DNA from: an uncultured Verrucomicrobiae bacterium
GTDB lineage: Bacteria; Verrucomicrobiota; Verrucomicrobiia; Palsa-1439
DNA: 64,000 bases
Direction of reading: 5' to 3'
Assembly (NCBI GenBank): GCA_963812605.1
Contig: CAWEWF010000014.1
Coordinates: 480,001-544,000 of the forward strand
Position numbers and translations under genes: made by a program. Shown in pieces: positions 1 to 8,939 of the stretch (the first letter of the stretch is position 1; each line of letters begins with the position of its first letter). The notes under the pieces were generated by a model. It made no database searches. It was not told where the DNA came from and was given only the letters and a program-made list of their open reading frames with translations.

Positions 1-230
1 TGGGCATGATCGGCACGATCCAGATTTTCATCCAAGCCTTCATCATGACCCAGGGCGGACCCGTGAACTCGACGCTGTACTACGCCTACCAGTTGTTCAA
101 TTGCGCGTTTCGCTACCTCCAAATGGGCTACGCCGCCGCGATGGCCTGGGTGCTGTTCCTGATCGTGTTCGGGTTGACGGTCATTCAACTCAAACTCCAG
201 GACCGCTGGGTCTATTACGAGGAAGGATGA
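1..230 (+). CDS. Carbohydrate ABC transporter permease, 3' part (truncated by window edge)
   Basis: Translation ...IQAFIMTQGGPVNSTLYYAYQLFNCAFRYLQMGYAAAMAWVLF is a typical MalF/UgpA C-terminus; the stop overlaps the next start (ATGA at 227-230). Confidence 0.9.
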   Translation, partial: GMIGTIQIFIQAFIMTQGGPVNSTLYYAYQLFNCAFRYLQMGYAAAMAWVLFLIVFGLTVIQLKLQDRWVYYEEG

Positions 231-1907
231 ACGAGCCGACCGTCCAACCGCGTAGCGCTGGTTTTTACCGCTTCGTCGAGTTTTGCCGGGGCGTCTGGAT
301 CTATGCGCTCTTGATCGTTGGTTCCCTGGTCTTCGCCTGGCCGCTTCTGTGGATGGCGACCACATCGATCAAAGTGGACCGGGAAATGTTCGTTCAGAAA
401 ATGACCCTCTGGCCGCAACGCCCGATCCCCCAGGTCAAGTCGCCGTACATCGACACGCGCTACTATGATGATTTGACGGGCAAACATCTGGACCAGCTTT
501 TGCCAGTGTTGGAAGCGCACGTGGAAAAGATGGACTATGCCTGGCCGACCGGAGATCGATCGCGCCGCCGCCATCAAACAGGCTGCGCGCGGGGCTTTCC
601 AGACGTTGCAGAACACGATGCCCGTGACGATCTGGGACTCCAGTTCGCTCATTGCCGAGGCGACGCAACGCGTCGATGTGGCGATGGTGAACGATGTTCT
701 GGGCCAGATCCGCCGCGCGCTCCTGATTGGCCAGTTGCGCGCCCGCTCGTACGATTTGCAGGAGGACCAGCTCGTCGCCGCCGACAAAGTCTCCACGGAT
801 TGGCAGGTCGGTGGCACCGCCGAGGCGAAGCTCGTCCAAGTGGATGACAAAAGCGAGCCGCACGCCGAGTTGCGCTACGACTTCACGCGCGGCGATACGG
901 TGCTGCTCTCGCAAACCTTCCAGACGAGTTTCCCCATCGCCCGTCTTTATCGCCTGCAACTTTATCTCCGCAATGACGACACGTGGCATCCCCTGACCAT
1001 GTACATCGAGAAGCTTGGCAAGAAGTACCGGGCTGAGCGGACGTACGATCTGGCCGACTTTACCAGTTGGAGCATCGGTACCTGGCAGGAGCCCGGCCCG
1101 GATGACAGAACGAACAAGGTTCGGTCATGGAGACTTTTGCGGGAAATCGGCCCGAGCCCGGTGAGCGGTCCCAACGAGATCAAGGTCACGATAGAAATTG
1201 ACCGCAACACCCAGGCCGGCGCGTGGTGGACCAAGATGCTCCGCAACTACCGCCTGGCACTGGAGCATCTGCCATTTTGGCGTTATATGGCGACGAGCTT
1301 GTTCATTGTGATCCTGAACGTGGTCGGCACATTGCTGAGTTCCTCGCTGGTGGCGTACAGCTTCGCGCGATTACAATGGCCGGGACGTAACTTCTGTTTC
1401 GCACTCATGCTGGGGACGATGATGGTGCCGCAACAGGTAACGATGATCCCGCTCTTTCTCATCGTCCGCGCGCTGGGTTGGTACAACACGCTGTATCCGT
1501 TGTGGGTCATCAGTTTTTTTGCGGGCGCGTTCAATGTCTTCCTGCTTCGTCAATTCCTGAAAGGCATCCCGCGTGACCTGGAAGACGCGTCCAAAATCGA
1601 CGGCTGCGGCTTCTGGCGCGTGTACTGGCACATCATGCTGCCGCTGGTGAAGCCGACGCTCGCGGCGATCGCGATTTTCACGTTCATGGCCAGCTGGAAC
1701 GAATTCATGAGCCCGCTGATTTATCTGCAGGACCAGCGCCTCTATCCGCTCGCGCTGGGCCTGTACGCCTTCAATGTGGAAACGAGCGTAACCACCAGCA
1801 TGCTCATGGCCGGTGCGTTGCTCATGATCACCCCCGTCATCATCATCTTCTTTTTCGCCCAGAAATACTTCATCCAGGGCGTCACCATGACCGGGATGAA
1901 GGGGTAG
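227..1907 (+). CDS. Carbohydrate ABC transporter permease (MalG/UgpE type) with large extracytoplasmic insertion; one frameshift near 550
   Basis: N-terminal TM WIYALLIVGSLVFAWPLLWMATTSIK lies in ORF 101..847 and continues in ORF 537..1907 with an EAA-like loop (LEDASKIDGC) and the end AQKYFIQGVTMTGMKG. Confidence 0.85.
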
Positions 1908-1930
1908 GGGTGCGATGTGTTCGCTGCCAA

Positions 1931-2096
1931 ATTGTAAGGCAGGCATCCTGCCTGCCGTCGTTTCGCCCTCGTTCGGCGCAGGTCTCCCGACCGCGCCGCT
2001 CCGTTGTCCGGGATTGTAGGGCTGGATGCCCGAGTCCGACGAGGGTATCCAGCCGTCCTTATCTGCGTAGACCATTTCTGGCAGGCGCAGAGGCTT
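1931..2096. repeat. Cluster of REP-like GC-rich palindromes
   Basis: attGTAAGGCAGGCATCCTGCCTGCC; GGCGCAGGTCTCCCGACCGCGCC; attGTAGGGCTGGATGCCC...GGGTATCCAGCC. These are hairpins with GTAG/GTAA leaders. Confidence 0.6.
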
Positions 2097-2121
2097 GTCC
2101 CAACTTTTACAACATGCGTTC

Positions 2122-2161
2122 TTGACATTTAAGCCAGCTAAGTTCATCTTAAGATGAACTT
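2122..2161 (+). promoter_or_regulatory. Promoter with perfect 22-bp palindromic operator for the vapBC operon
   Basis: TTGACA at 2122-2127; AAGTTCATCTTAAGATGAACTT (2140-2161) is its own reverse complement and ends 12 nt before the antitoxin ATG. Confidence 0.7.
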
Positions 2162-2173
2162 GAGAGATCGACC

Positions 2174-2422
2174 ATGAGCATACTGATCAATGCGAAGGAA
2201 TTGCGGCGGCTGCTGCCGGATGTTGTGAGCCGCGTGAAAAAGGGCGCGCGGTTCACGGTGCTGTATCGGAGCCGGCCCGCGTTTGAGATTGTTCCCGTGG
2301 ACGCGGCGTCGATTCCGCAAGACAAGCTCGATGAGGATTCGCTGTACCGGGCGCCAGCTGTGGGCAAATCGCGGGATGGGCTGAGCGCTCGCGACCACGA
2401 CGCCGTGTTATACGGCAAATGA
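2174..2422 (+). CDS. Phd/YefM family antitoxin
   Basis: 82 aa with a Phd-like N-terminus (INAKELRRLLPDVVSRVKKGARFTVLYRSRPAFEIVP); ATGA-coupled to the PIN toxin. Confidence 0.8.
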   Translation: MSILINAKELRRLLPDVVSRVKKGARFTVLYRSRPAFEIVPVDAASIPQDKLDEDSLYRAPAVGKSRDGLSARDHDAVLYGK

Positions 2423-2826
2423 AACGTCTGTTCGTCGATACGGCGGGTTGGATGGCCTGCGCGGATGCGGCCGATCCGTCTCACACCCGGGCGAGCGCCG
2501 CGCGTGACCGCTGGTTGGAACAGAAGGGCGTGTTGGTGACGACGGACTACGTTATCGACGAGACGCTGACCCTGATCCGATTTCGGCTGGGATTATCCGC
2601 GGCGGAGGCATGGTGGAAACAGATCGAAGGGAGCACGCGGCTGCAATGGGAGCCGATCACACCCGAACGCGCGGAGAAGGCGCGGCACTTGTTCTTTCGC
2701 TACGCGGACAAGGAGTTTTCCTTCACTGACTGCACGAGTTTCGCGGCCATGCAGCAACTGAAACTGAAGCACGCGCTGACCACCGATCGCCATTTCAAGC
2801 AGATGGGATTTCAGACGGTGCCCTGA
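2419..2826 (+). CDS. vapC: VapC/PIN domain toxin
   Basis: PIN motifs LFVDT, VIDETL, SFTDCTSF and LTTDRHF. Confidence 0.9.
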   Translation: MKRLFVDTAGWMACADAADPSHTRASAARDRWLEQKGVLVTTDYVIDETLTLIRFRLGLSAAEAWWKQIEGSTRLQWEPITPERAEKARHLFFRYADKEFSFTDCTSFAAMQQLKLKHALTTDRHFKQMGFQTVP

Positions 2827-2991
2827 GCGGCACTTCGCCGCCGTCTTTTCAGGCCGCCCCCCGTAGTCAGCAAACCGGTCTCGGAGCCGAGAAAAGGCTT
2901 GATAGCACTGTGAGCGAGGATACTTTATCGGTCAAAGAGATTGAATGGCCGCGATGGTCGCGGGGCACGAAGTCATATGGAAATGTCAGCG

Positions 2992-3126
2992 AATAACGAC
3001 CCGCAATACATCCTGAACCTGCTCAAAAGCGTCATCACCGCCAGCCTCGAAACCATGAAGATCGGCAAGGCCTTACCGACTATCAAAGAGCGAAACGAGC
3101 TGGTCAAGGAAAGCGCCACCAAATGA
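2992..3126 (+). pseudogene. 3' remnant of a type ISP (LlaBIII/LlaGI-like) restriction-modification enzyme
   Basis: NDPQYILNLLKSVITASLETMKIGKALP resembles the extreme C-terminus of type ISP enzymes as I recall it; the rest of the gene is absent. Confidence 0.6.
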
Positions 3127-4286
3127 GCGCCCCAACCGTCCCCGCAAAACAGTGGTTGTTGGGTTACATCTTGCACAACCTGACCTGCAAAAAGCCATTT
3201 GATTCTGAGTACATGGCCATCGCACCACATTCCGATCCGCGTGTTCAGCAGATTGTCGCAACGAGTCAGCTCAGGCGGTGTCTGGTCGAGAATTTCACCG
3301 ACCAGTTGGGAAGTCAGAGGCACCCCAGCGTGTTGGTTGTTCGAGAGGATGCGCCGGAAACAGTCCGGCATATTGATGCGGTTGTGAGCTTCCGCAATCT
3401 CTTTGCTATTTCCTGCGTGATCTTCGGACAGCAACAGAGCATCCGTGGCCCGAACGTTCGCGGAACGCTCTACAGTGACTATTTCGACTTCTACCCAATT
3501 ATGATCACTCCAGATGGGACAGGAGTTTGGACAATGTCGCCGGCCTTGAATGATTTCGATTACCCAAAGGAAATTCATGGCAAAACTTCTCCCAGTCTAC
3601 CACGCACTGAATGCCTCGGTGTAGAACCGGACGAGATGTTGGTTAATCGGTTGATCGAGGCGTGGAGCGATCTTTACATTGGCACGAGACGCTTTGAACG
3701 TGAAGCAACCGTTTTATTTCGCTCGTTGCAAGTCGCCTACCACGCTGCTGCCATGCCGGTAAGCAACCTGCCAAGCATTCATGATTATGGCGTCAGAATC
3801 GGCTTGTGGATCAGTGCGTTCGAGATTCTGGCTCATCCAGCCGTGGATGGAATTAAAAACAAAGTGAACTTCGACAAAGTGAAGGAGTTATTGGGAAAAC
3901 AGACTTGGTCAAAGGCGGAGCTGCGAGACTGTAAGCACGACGTGCATTATGACAGCAAATGCCACAAAGTGAATTTAGTCGTGAAAATTTATCGAGATTT
4001 ATACGAAGCGCGGAACAAATTTATGCATGGGAATCCGGTTTCGCCAGAAAATCTGTTCCCGTTTAAGAACAACAAGCGACCGCCGTTGACCCATCTAGCG
4101 CCTCTGATCTACAAAACAGCCTTACTCGGATTCCTTGACAGATTTCAATTTCGGCCCAAGGAATCAGCACCTGATCTTAATGCGATGAAGCTTTCTAATC
4201 TGGCAATCGATAGGGCAGTTGCCTGCATCTTGAAGAAGGAAGCCTTCGAGAATGCGATTCTCGAGGCGATACATGACCGGGAGTGA
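3123..4286 (+). CDS. Hypothetical protein with putative HEPN (RxxxxH) domain
   Basis: 387 aa with a lower-GC appearance; LWISAFEILAHP helix followed by LYEARNKFMHG (R-x4-H). Confidence 0.6.
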   Translation: MSAPTVPAKQWLLGYILHNLTCKKPFDSEYMAIAPHSDPRVQQIVATSQLRRCLVENFTDQLGSQRHPSVLVVREDAPETVRHIDAVVSFRNLFAISCVIFGQQQSIRGPNVRGTLYSDYFDFYPIMITPDGTGVWTMSPALNDFDYPKEIHGKTSPSLPRTECLGVEPDEMLVNRLIEAWSDLYIGTRRFEREATVLFRSLQVAYHAAAMPVSNLPSIHDYGVRIGLWISAFEILAHPAVDGIKNKVNFDKVKELLGKQTWSKAELRDCKHDVHYDSKCHKVNLVVKIYRDLYEARNKFMHGNPVSPENLFPFKNNKRPPLTHLAPLIYKTALLGFLDRFQFRPKESAPDLNAMKLSNLAIDRAVACILKKEAFENAILEAIHDRE

Positions 4287-4332
4287 CACGTCAAACTGGC
4301 GCGCGTGGCGGCCAGATCAAAGGAACATCTAA

Positions 4333-5400
4333 ATGGACATCTCGTTCAACTGCGACAAGTGCGGGCAGCATATCGTGATTGATGAGGCGGGGGCTGGAAT
4401 GACCGCACAGTGTCCAAAGTGCCAAGCCGAGTTAGTAGTTCCACTGGTCACAACCGCCCCCGTTGAAACCAACGCCACCACCAATACTCCTTCGGTTATC
4501 CCCAACACGGGCGCGGTTAGAGCCCCGCGAAACTCTCAAGGTATTGACGGTATTCTTGCGCGAGCAGACAAGCTCACGTTGCACGATGCGGTCATGCAGG
4601 ATGACAGGCTCATGGTCGCATTACTGATCACTAAAGGTGCAGACGTTAATGCGAAGGATGACAAGGGAATGACCCCTCTTGACCTTGCGTTAGCTCATGA
4701 CAAGAAAGGTATCGCTGAATTGCTGGTGGTCAAAGGTGCTGAAAGCACATCAGCGGCTGACCGGTTGAATGACAAGATGATTGACGCGATGATCCTCTGT
4801 GACAAGGCGGCGGTTGAAAAGCTACTTGCCGAAGGCGCTGATCTGAATGATGCACTGAATACGGCGTTACTTGTCGAGAACAGCGATATGGCGAGGCTAC
4901 TGGTTGCACTGGGTGCCGTACCAATATCAATAGACTCAGAATCATTTCATAGTATTCCGTTGCATGATGCGGTGTTTCGTGACGACATGGCTACCGTTGA
5001 AAAGCTAATTGCCGAAGGTGCTGACGTTAACAAGAGGAATGAATTAAAACCAGGCATGACTGCCCTAGACTGGGCGCTGATTTTCGACAAAGGAGAGATC
5101 GCCAAGCTGCTGATTGAGAAGGGTGCAGCGAAGGCAGAGTGGTTGGAGGCGCAAGAAGTCGGTTCGGATGGAGCCGATGAACAAGGCGAAAGTGAGAACC
5201 GCACAGATCGCTACATTCCAGATGATGTCAAGGATGCCGTATGGCGCAGGGATGAGGGCAGATGCGTCAAGTGTAAATCAAATGAGAAACTCGAATTTGA
5301 TCATATCATCCCGGTCTCCAAAGGTGGATCCAACACCAAGCGGAACGTTCAACTCCTGTGCGAGAAATGCAACCGTGAGAAGAGGGCGGAAATTGCGTAA
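4333..5400 (+). CDS. Zn-ribbon / ankyrin-repeat / HNH endonuclease fusion protein
   Basis: N-terminal CDKC...CPKC; ankyrin repeats LHDAV...KGADVNAKDDKGMTPLDLA and LHDAV...EGADVNK...GMTALDWA; C-terminal CVKC...EFDHIIPVSKGGSNTKRNVQLLCEKCN. Confidence 0.85.
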   Translation: MDISFNCDKCGQHIVIDEAGAGMTAQCPKCQAELVVPLVTTAPVETNATTNTPSVIPNTGAVRAPRNSQGIDGILARADKLTLHDAVMQDDRLMVALLITKGADVNAKDDKGMTPLDLALAHDKKGIAELLVVKGAESTSAADRLNDKMIDAMILCDKAAVEKLLAEGADLNDALNTALLVENSDMARLLVALGAVPISIDSESFHSIPLHDAVFRDDMATVEKLIAEGADVNKRNELKPGMTALDWALIFDKGEIAKLLIEKGAAKAEWLEAQEVGSDGADEQGESENRTDRYIPDDVKDAVWRRDEGRCVKCKSNEKLEFDHIIPVSKGGSNTKRNVQLLCEKCNREKRAEIA

Positions 5401-5448
5401 GTAACGGGTCAAGCATGTCTAGGTCACGCTCCGACCGCACGTTTGGCC

Positions 5449-6870
5449 TCACTCCTCGTTCCCGCCGTCGTAGCCGAAGAGTTTTTTGGATTTGATGAGT
5501 TCGGCAACGGCGGGGGGGACCATGGTTTCCCAGGCCGGGTCGCCGCTGCGAATGTCTTTCAACAAGTCGCTGTAATGGATCTTGAGGTAGTCGGTGTTGA
5601 TACCCCGCAGGTCTTCGATGAGATCGTTGATCAGTAAATACTCATGCAGAGGTTTCAGGTCGTCAGGGACGGGCATGTTTTCGAGGGTGACCAGTGTACC
5701 GGGCTCCGCGCCTTGACGCGGGTACACGTAAAGCTTTACCGGGCCGTTGTAGAGCCGGCCCAGGGCCGCCAGAACCCCGCCTGGCAGCGTCGCATAATAC
5801 CGCGGGTCGATTAATTCCTGCACCGTCGGCATTCCCACGGCGATACCGATGGGGCTGCTGGTGGTACGCCGCAGATAATCTACCAAATGGTAAAACTCCT
5901 GGTGGCTGGTGACCAGGACGGTGTGTCCGATAGCGCCCATGACATCCACGCGAGCGAGGAAGTCGATAGGCTGTACCTGCACGTTTTGGAGCAAGTTGCG
6001 CATGGTAATTTCCATCAGCACAACGGCATTCTGGTTTTCCGGCGAATCCGCGAAGAACTGGCGCTGGGAACATTTGAGCAGGTCCACATGCAGGTTGTTG
6101 ACCGGACGGAAAGTGCCGCGCTCAACCAGAACGGGTTTCTTGTAGAGTACCTCCGACGCCTGGACCACCTCGCCGTCGGTGGTGAACATCACCGCCTCCG
6201 TCAGCCCCTGCTCGACCAGTTGCAAGCTCATCAGCCGGTTATCGACCTTGGCGAAACCGGGTCCCGAAAACTTGATCATGTCCACTTCGATGCGATTCTT
6301 GCTGAGCTGGTCGAAGAGGGAAGTAATGAGCAGGCGGGGGTTCTCGTGCTGGAACAACGCCCCGTAGATGAGGTTCACGCCGATGACGCCGAGCGCTTCC
6401 TGCTCGCGCACGTTTTCTTCATCCAGCAAACGGACGTGAATCAGCACTTGTGACGCCTCGGCCCGCGGTTGCGCCTGGAACTTGATGCCAAGCCAACCAT
6501 TCGAATCATCGCGGTGCGTGAAGCTGCGGGCGGCGACGGTATCGGCAAAGACGAAAAAATTCGTTTTGTCGCCGCGGACCGAGTCCAGACGCTCCAGCAG
6601 CAGGTTGTACTCATAGTCGAGCATCTGCTGGAGTCGTTTCCGGCTTACATAACGCTCGGCGGGGCCGTAGATGGCGTCACTGACGGTCTTGTCATACGCC
6701 GAAATCGTCTTGGCGACAGTGCCGGCCGCGCCGCCGACGCGAAAGAACCAGCGACCGACCTCCTGGCCCGCGCCAATCTCGGCGAAGGTGCCGTATTTGG
6801 TGGCGTCCAGATTAATGTGGAGGGCTTTGTGGCCCGTTTCCGTTATCTCGTGATCGTCAATCCTTGGCAT
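5449..6870 (-). CDS. Conserved cytoplasmic protein, nucleotidyltransferase-like (family often labelled 'TonB-dependent receptor' or nicotinate-nucleotide adenylyltransferase)
   Basis: 473 aa; YGTFAEIGAGQEV...GGAAGTVAKTISAYD N-domain; VLVERGTFRPVNNLH HxGH-like motif; no signal peptide or barrel. Confidence 0.75.
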   Translation of the reverse strand: MPRIDDHEITETGHKALHINLDATKYGTFAEIGAGQEVGRWFFRVGGAAGTVAKTISAYDKTVSDAIYGPAERYVSRKRLQQMLDYEYNLLLERLDSVRGDKTNFFVFADTVAARSFTHRDDSNGWLGIKFQAQPRAEASQVLIHVRLLDEENVREQEALGVIGVNLIYGALFQHENPRLLITSLFDQLSKNRIEVDMIKFSGPGFAKVDNRLMSLQLVEQGLTEAVMFTTDGEVVQASEVLYKKPVLVERGTFRPVNNLHVDLLKCSQRQFFADSPENQNAVVLMEITMRNLLQNVQVQPIDFLARVDVMGAIGHTVLVTSHQEFYHLVDYLRRTTSSPIGIAVGMPTVQELIDPRYYATLPGGVLAALGRLYNGPVKLYVYPRQGAEPGTLVTLENMPVPDDLKPLHEYLLINDLIEDLRGINTDYLKIHYSDLLKDIRSGDPAWETMVPPAVAELIKSKKLFGYDGGNEE

Positions 6871-6911
6871 AGGTATTTCTCCACACTCCAGTTAAATTCC
6901 AGGACGCGTTC

Positions 6912-7583
6912 TCAAACTGTTTTGTATTCTGTCGCCCGCAGGTAAATCGGCTCCAACTCTTCGTCGCCGCGATTTCCCCGATCACGATACTGGTGGTACG
7001 CCAGCCAGCCCACGGCCGCCGCGCTCGGAAAAACCGGCGTCTCGCAAATCGACGCGAACCCGCCAAACAACGCGGTTATCTCGTCCTTGTATCGCCCGAT
7101 TTCGGAACTGACAAACCAAATCGGATGATGAATCTCATCGGCGACAGACTCGAGCGTGGCGATCTGGCATTTCTTCACGCAACGGCCTTGTTGATCGTAT
7201 AACGCAAAATAGATTTCATCCCGCCGCGCGTCGCACAAGACGCAGAGTTGTGGACAATCCCGCGGCATCTGCGGCAGCGCGGTCAGCGCCAGCGCGTCGA
7301 AACTGCTCGCGCCTTTGATCGGCAGTTTGCGGGGAAGGGCCATTCCCTTGGCGGCGGCGATGCCCACGCGGATGCCCGTGAACGAGCCGGGCCCGAGTCC
7401 CACCGCGAGCAAGCCCAGATCGTCCACCACGAGTTGGTTGGCCGCAAGAAGGTGCGCGGCCATGTCGAATAGGTTCTGCCCCGGCTGAGAGCGGTCGAAG
7501 GTTCCTTCCGCCAGCGGTTTGTCATCGCGCAAGAGCGCGACCGCGCCGCGCGGTGTCGATGTATCGATGGCGAGAGTAATCAT
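6912..7583 (-). CDS. tsaB: tRNA t6A biosynthesis protein TsaB
   Basis: LAIDTST, GLGPGSFTGIRVG, DARRDEIY and LEPIYLR motifs. Confidence 0.95.
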   Translation of the reverse strand: MITLAIDTSTPRGAVALLRDDKPLAEGTFDRSQPGQNLFDMAAHLLAANQLVVDDLGLLAVGLGPGSFTGIRVGIAAAKGMALPRKLPIKGASSFDALALTALPQMPRDCPQLCVLCDARRDEIYFALYDQQGRCVKKCQIATLESVADEIHHPIWFVSSEIGRYKDEITALFGGFASICETPVFPSAAAVGWLAYHQYRDRGNRGDEELEPIYLRATEYKTV

Positions 7584-8002
7584 GTGACTTCGATGCGCCG
7601 CGTGTTTTCATCAATTGATTCAAGCCGAATCCGTACCGTGTGCGGCGGCAATAGTGACGCAATCCGCTCCGGCCACTCGATCACAGTCACGCCGGAGCCG
7701 TCCAGGTAATCTTCGATGCCAATCGCCAGCGCTTGCGACACGCTGTCGAGCCGATAGAGATCGATGTGGTAAAGCGCCAGCCGCCCGCCGCCGTATTCAT
7801 GGATCAGCGTGAACGTGGGACTGGTGACCTCCACGGTAATGCCGAGTCCGTGCGCGATGCCCTTCACGAGCGCGGTTTTTCCGGCGCCGAGTTCGCCGGA
7901 GAGAGCGACAACGTCGCCGGGTTGGAGTCCCAAGGCCAGCCGCCCGCCGAACTCCAGTGTTTCCGCGACGCTACGCGTCTCAACGTGTTGCGAAGTGATC
8001 AT
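7580..8002 (-). CDS. tsaE: tRNA t6A biosynthesis ATPase TsaE
   Basis: GELGAGKT, VTSPTFTL, HIDLYRL and IEWPE; ATG at 8002 overlaps the thiL 3' end. Confidence 0.95.
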   Translation of the reverse strand: MITSQHVETRSVAETLEFGGRLALGLQPGDVVALSGELGAGKTALVKGIAHGLGITVEVTSPTFTLIHEYGGGRLALYHIDLYRLDSVSQALAIGIEDYLDGSGVTVIEWPERIASLLPPHTVRIRLESIDENTRRIEVT

Positions 8003-8939
8003 AACCTGCCGGCACAAGGAGCTTCCGTGATCCATCGGACGCGATGAGGGTGACCTTTCGTCGCGAACGAACCACGCGACCAATCTCCGTCAGTTTCAGC
8101 GCAAATTTCCGCGCCCATTTCTGACGCAGGGCCGTAACATGGCGCGGGTCGATGGTAAAGAGCAATTCGAAATCTTCGCCGTCATCAAGGGCCGCACGAA
8201 GGTTTCCACGGGCGGCGCGGGCGATGGGAATTTCCGCGGCGTGGATTTCAAAGCCGGTCCCGGGCCGGCTCGCTTCCACCAGCCGCTGCAGGTCGCTGGA
8301 CAACCCGTCGCTGAGGTCCATCATCGCGTGCACGGGAAAATTGCTGACCAGCCACCGCGCTTCCTTGAGGCGCGGTGTAAACGTGAGGTGCTTGCCGCGC
8401 CGCGAGCCGCCGAGTGTGCCGGTCACCAACACCGAGTCCCCGATTTTTGCGTCGCCACGCAACGTCATTCGCGAACGTTCCACTTCGCCGATGAGCGCAA
8501 CCACCACGAACTGTTCGTGCTTCACGTGCGTCGTGTCTCCGCCGACAATTTGGCAGCCAAACTTTCGGGCGGCCGCGCGCAGTCCCGCATACAGCTCTTT
8601 CACCCAACGCGCGCCTGTCTTACGCCGCAAGCCGATACTCACCACGGCCCAACGCGGCACCCCGCCCATGGCTGCGATATCACTGAGATTGCGGGCCATC
8701 GCCTTCCAGCCGACCCGGCGCGGCGGATCGGTTTGTCGATAGTGGACGCCTTCCACCACCGGGTCACAGGTGTACAGCAAATGCCTGTCGGGATTGTCGC
8801 CGCGCAGCACGGCACAGTCGTCGCCAATGCCGAGGACCACGGAACCCCGTGCCGGACCGATGACGCCCTGGAGTTCGCGAATCAAACCGAATTCGCCAAG
8901 ATCGTGAACTGTGGCGCGGTTTTTCCGGAGGGGTTTCAT
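7980..8939 (-). CDS. thiL: Thiamine-monophosphate kinase
   Basis: GEFGLI, GIGDDCAV, NLSDIAAMGG, GGDT, MDLSDGLSSDL and GEDFELLFT. Confidence 0.95.
   Translation of the reverse strand: MKPLRKNRATVHDLGEFGLIRELQGVIGPARGSVVLGIGDDCAVLRGDNPDRHLLYTCDPVVEGVHYRQTDPPRRVGWKAMARNLSDIAAMGGVPRWAVVSIGLRRKTGARWVKELYAGLRAAARKFGCQIVGGDTTHVKHEQFVVVALIGEVERSRMTLRGDAKIGDSVLVTGTLGGSRRGKHLTFTPRLKEARWLVSNFPVHAMMDLSDGLSSDLQRLVEASRPGTGFEIHAAEIPIARAARGNLRAALDDGEDFELLFTIDPRHVTALRQKWARKFALKLTEIGRVVRSRRKVTLIASDGSRKLLVPAGYDHFATR

Noticed and set aside
6912-8939. thiL-tsaE-tsaB clustering as a novel link
   Set aside because: A known arrangement, for example in Bacillus.
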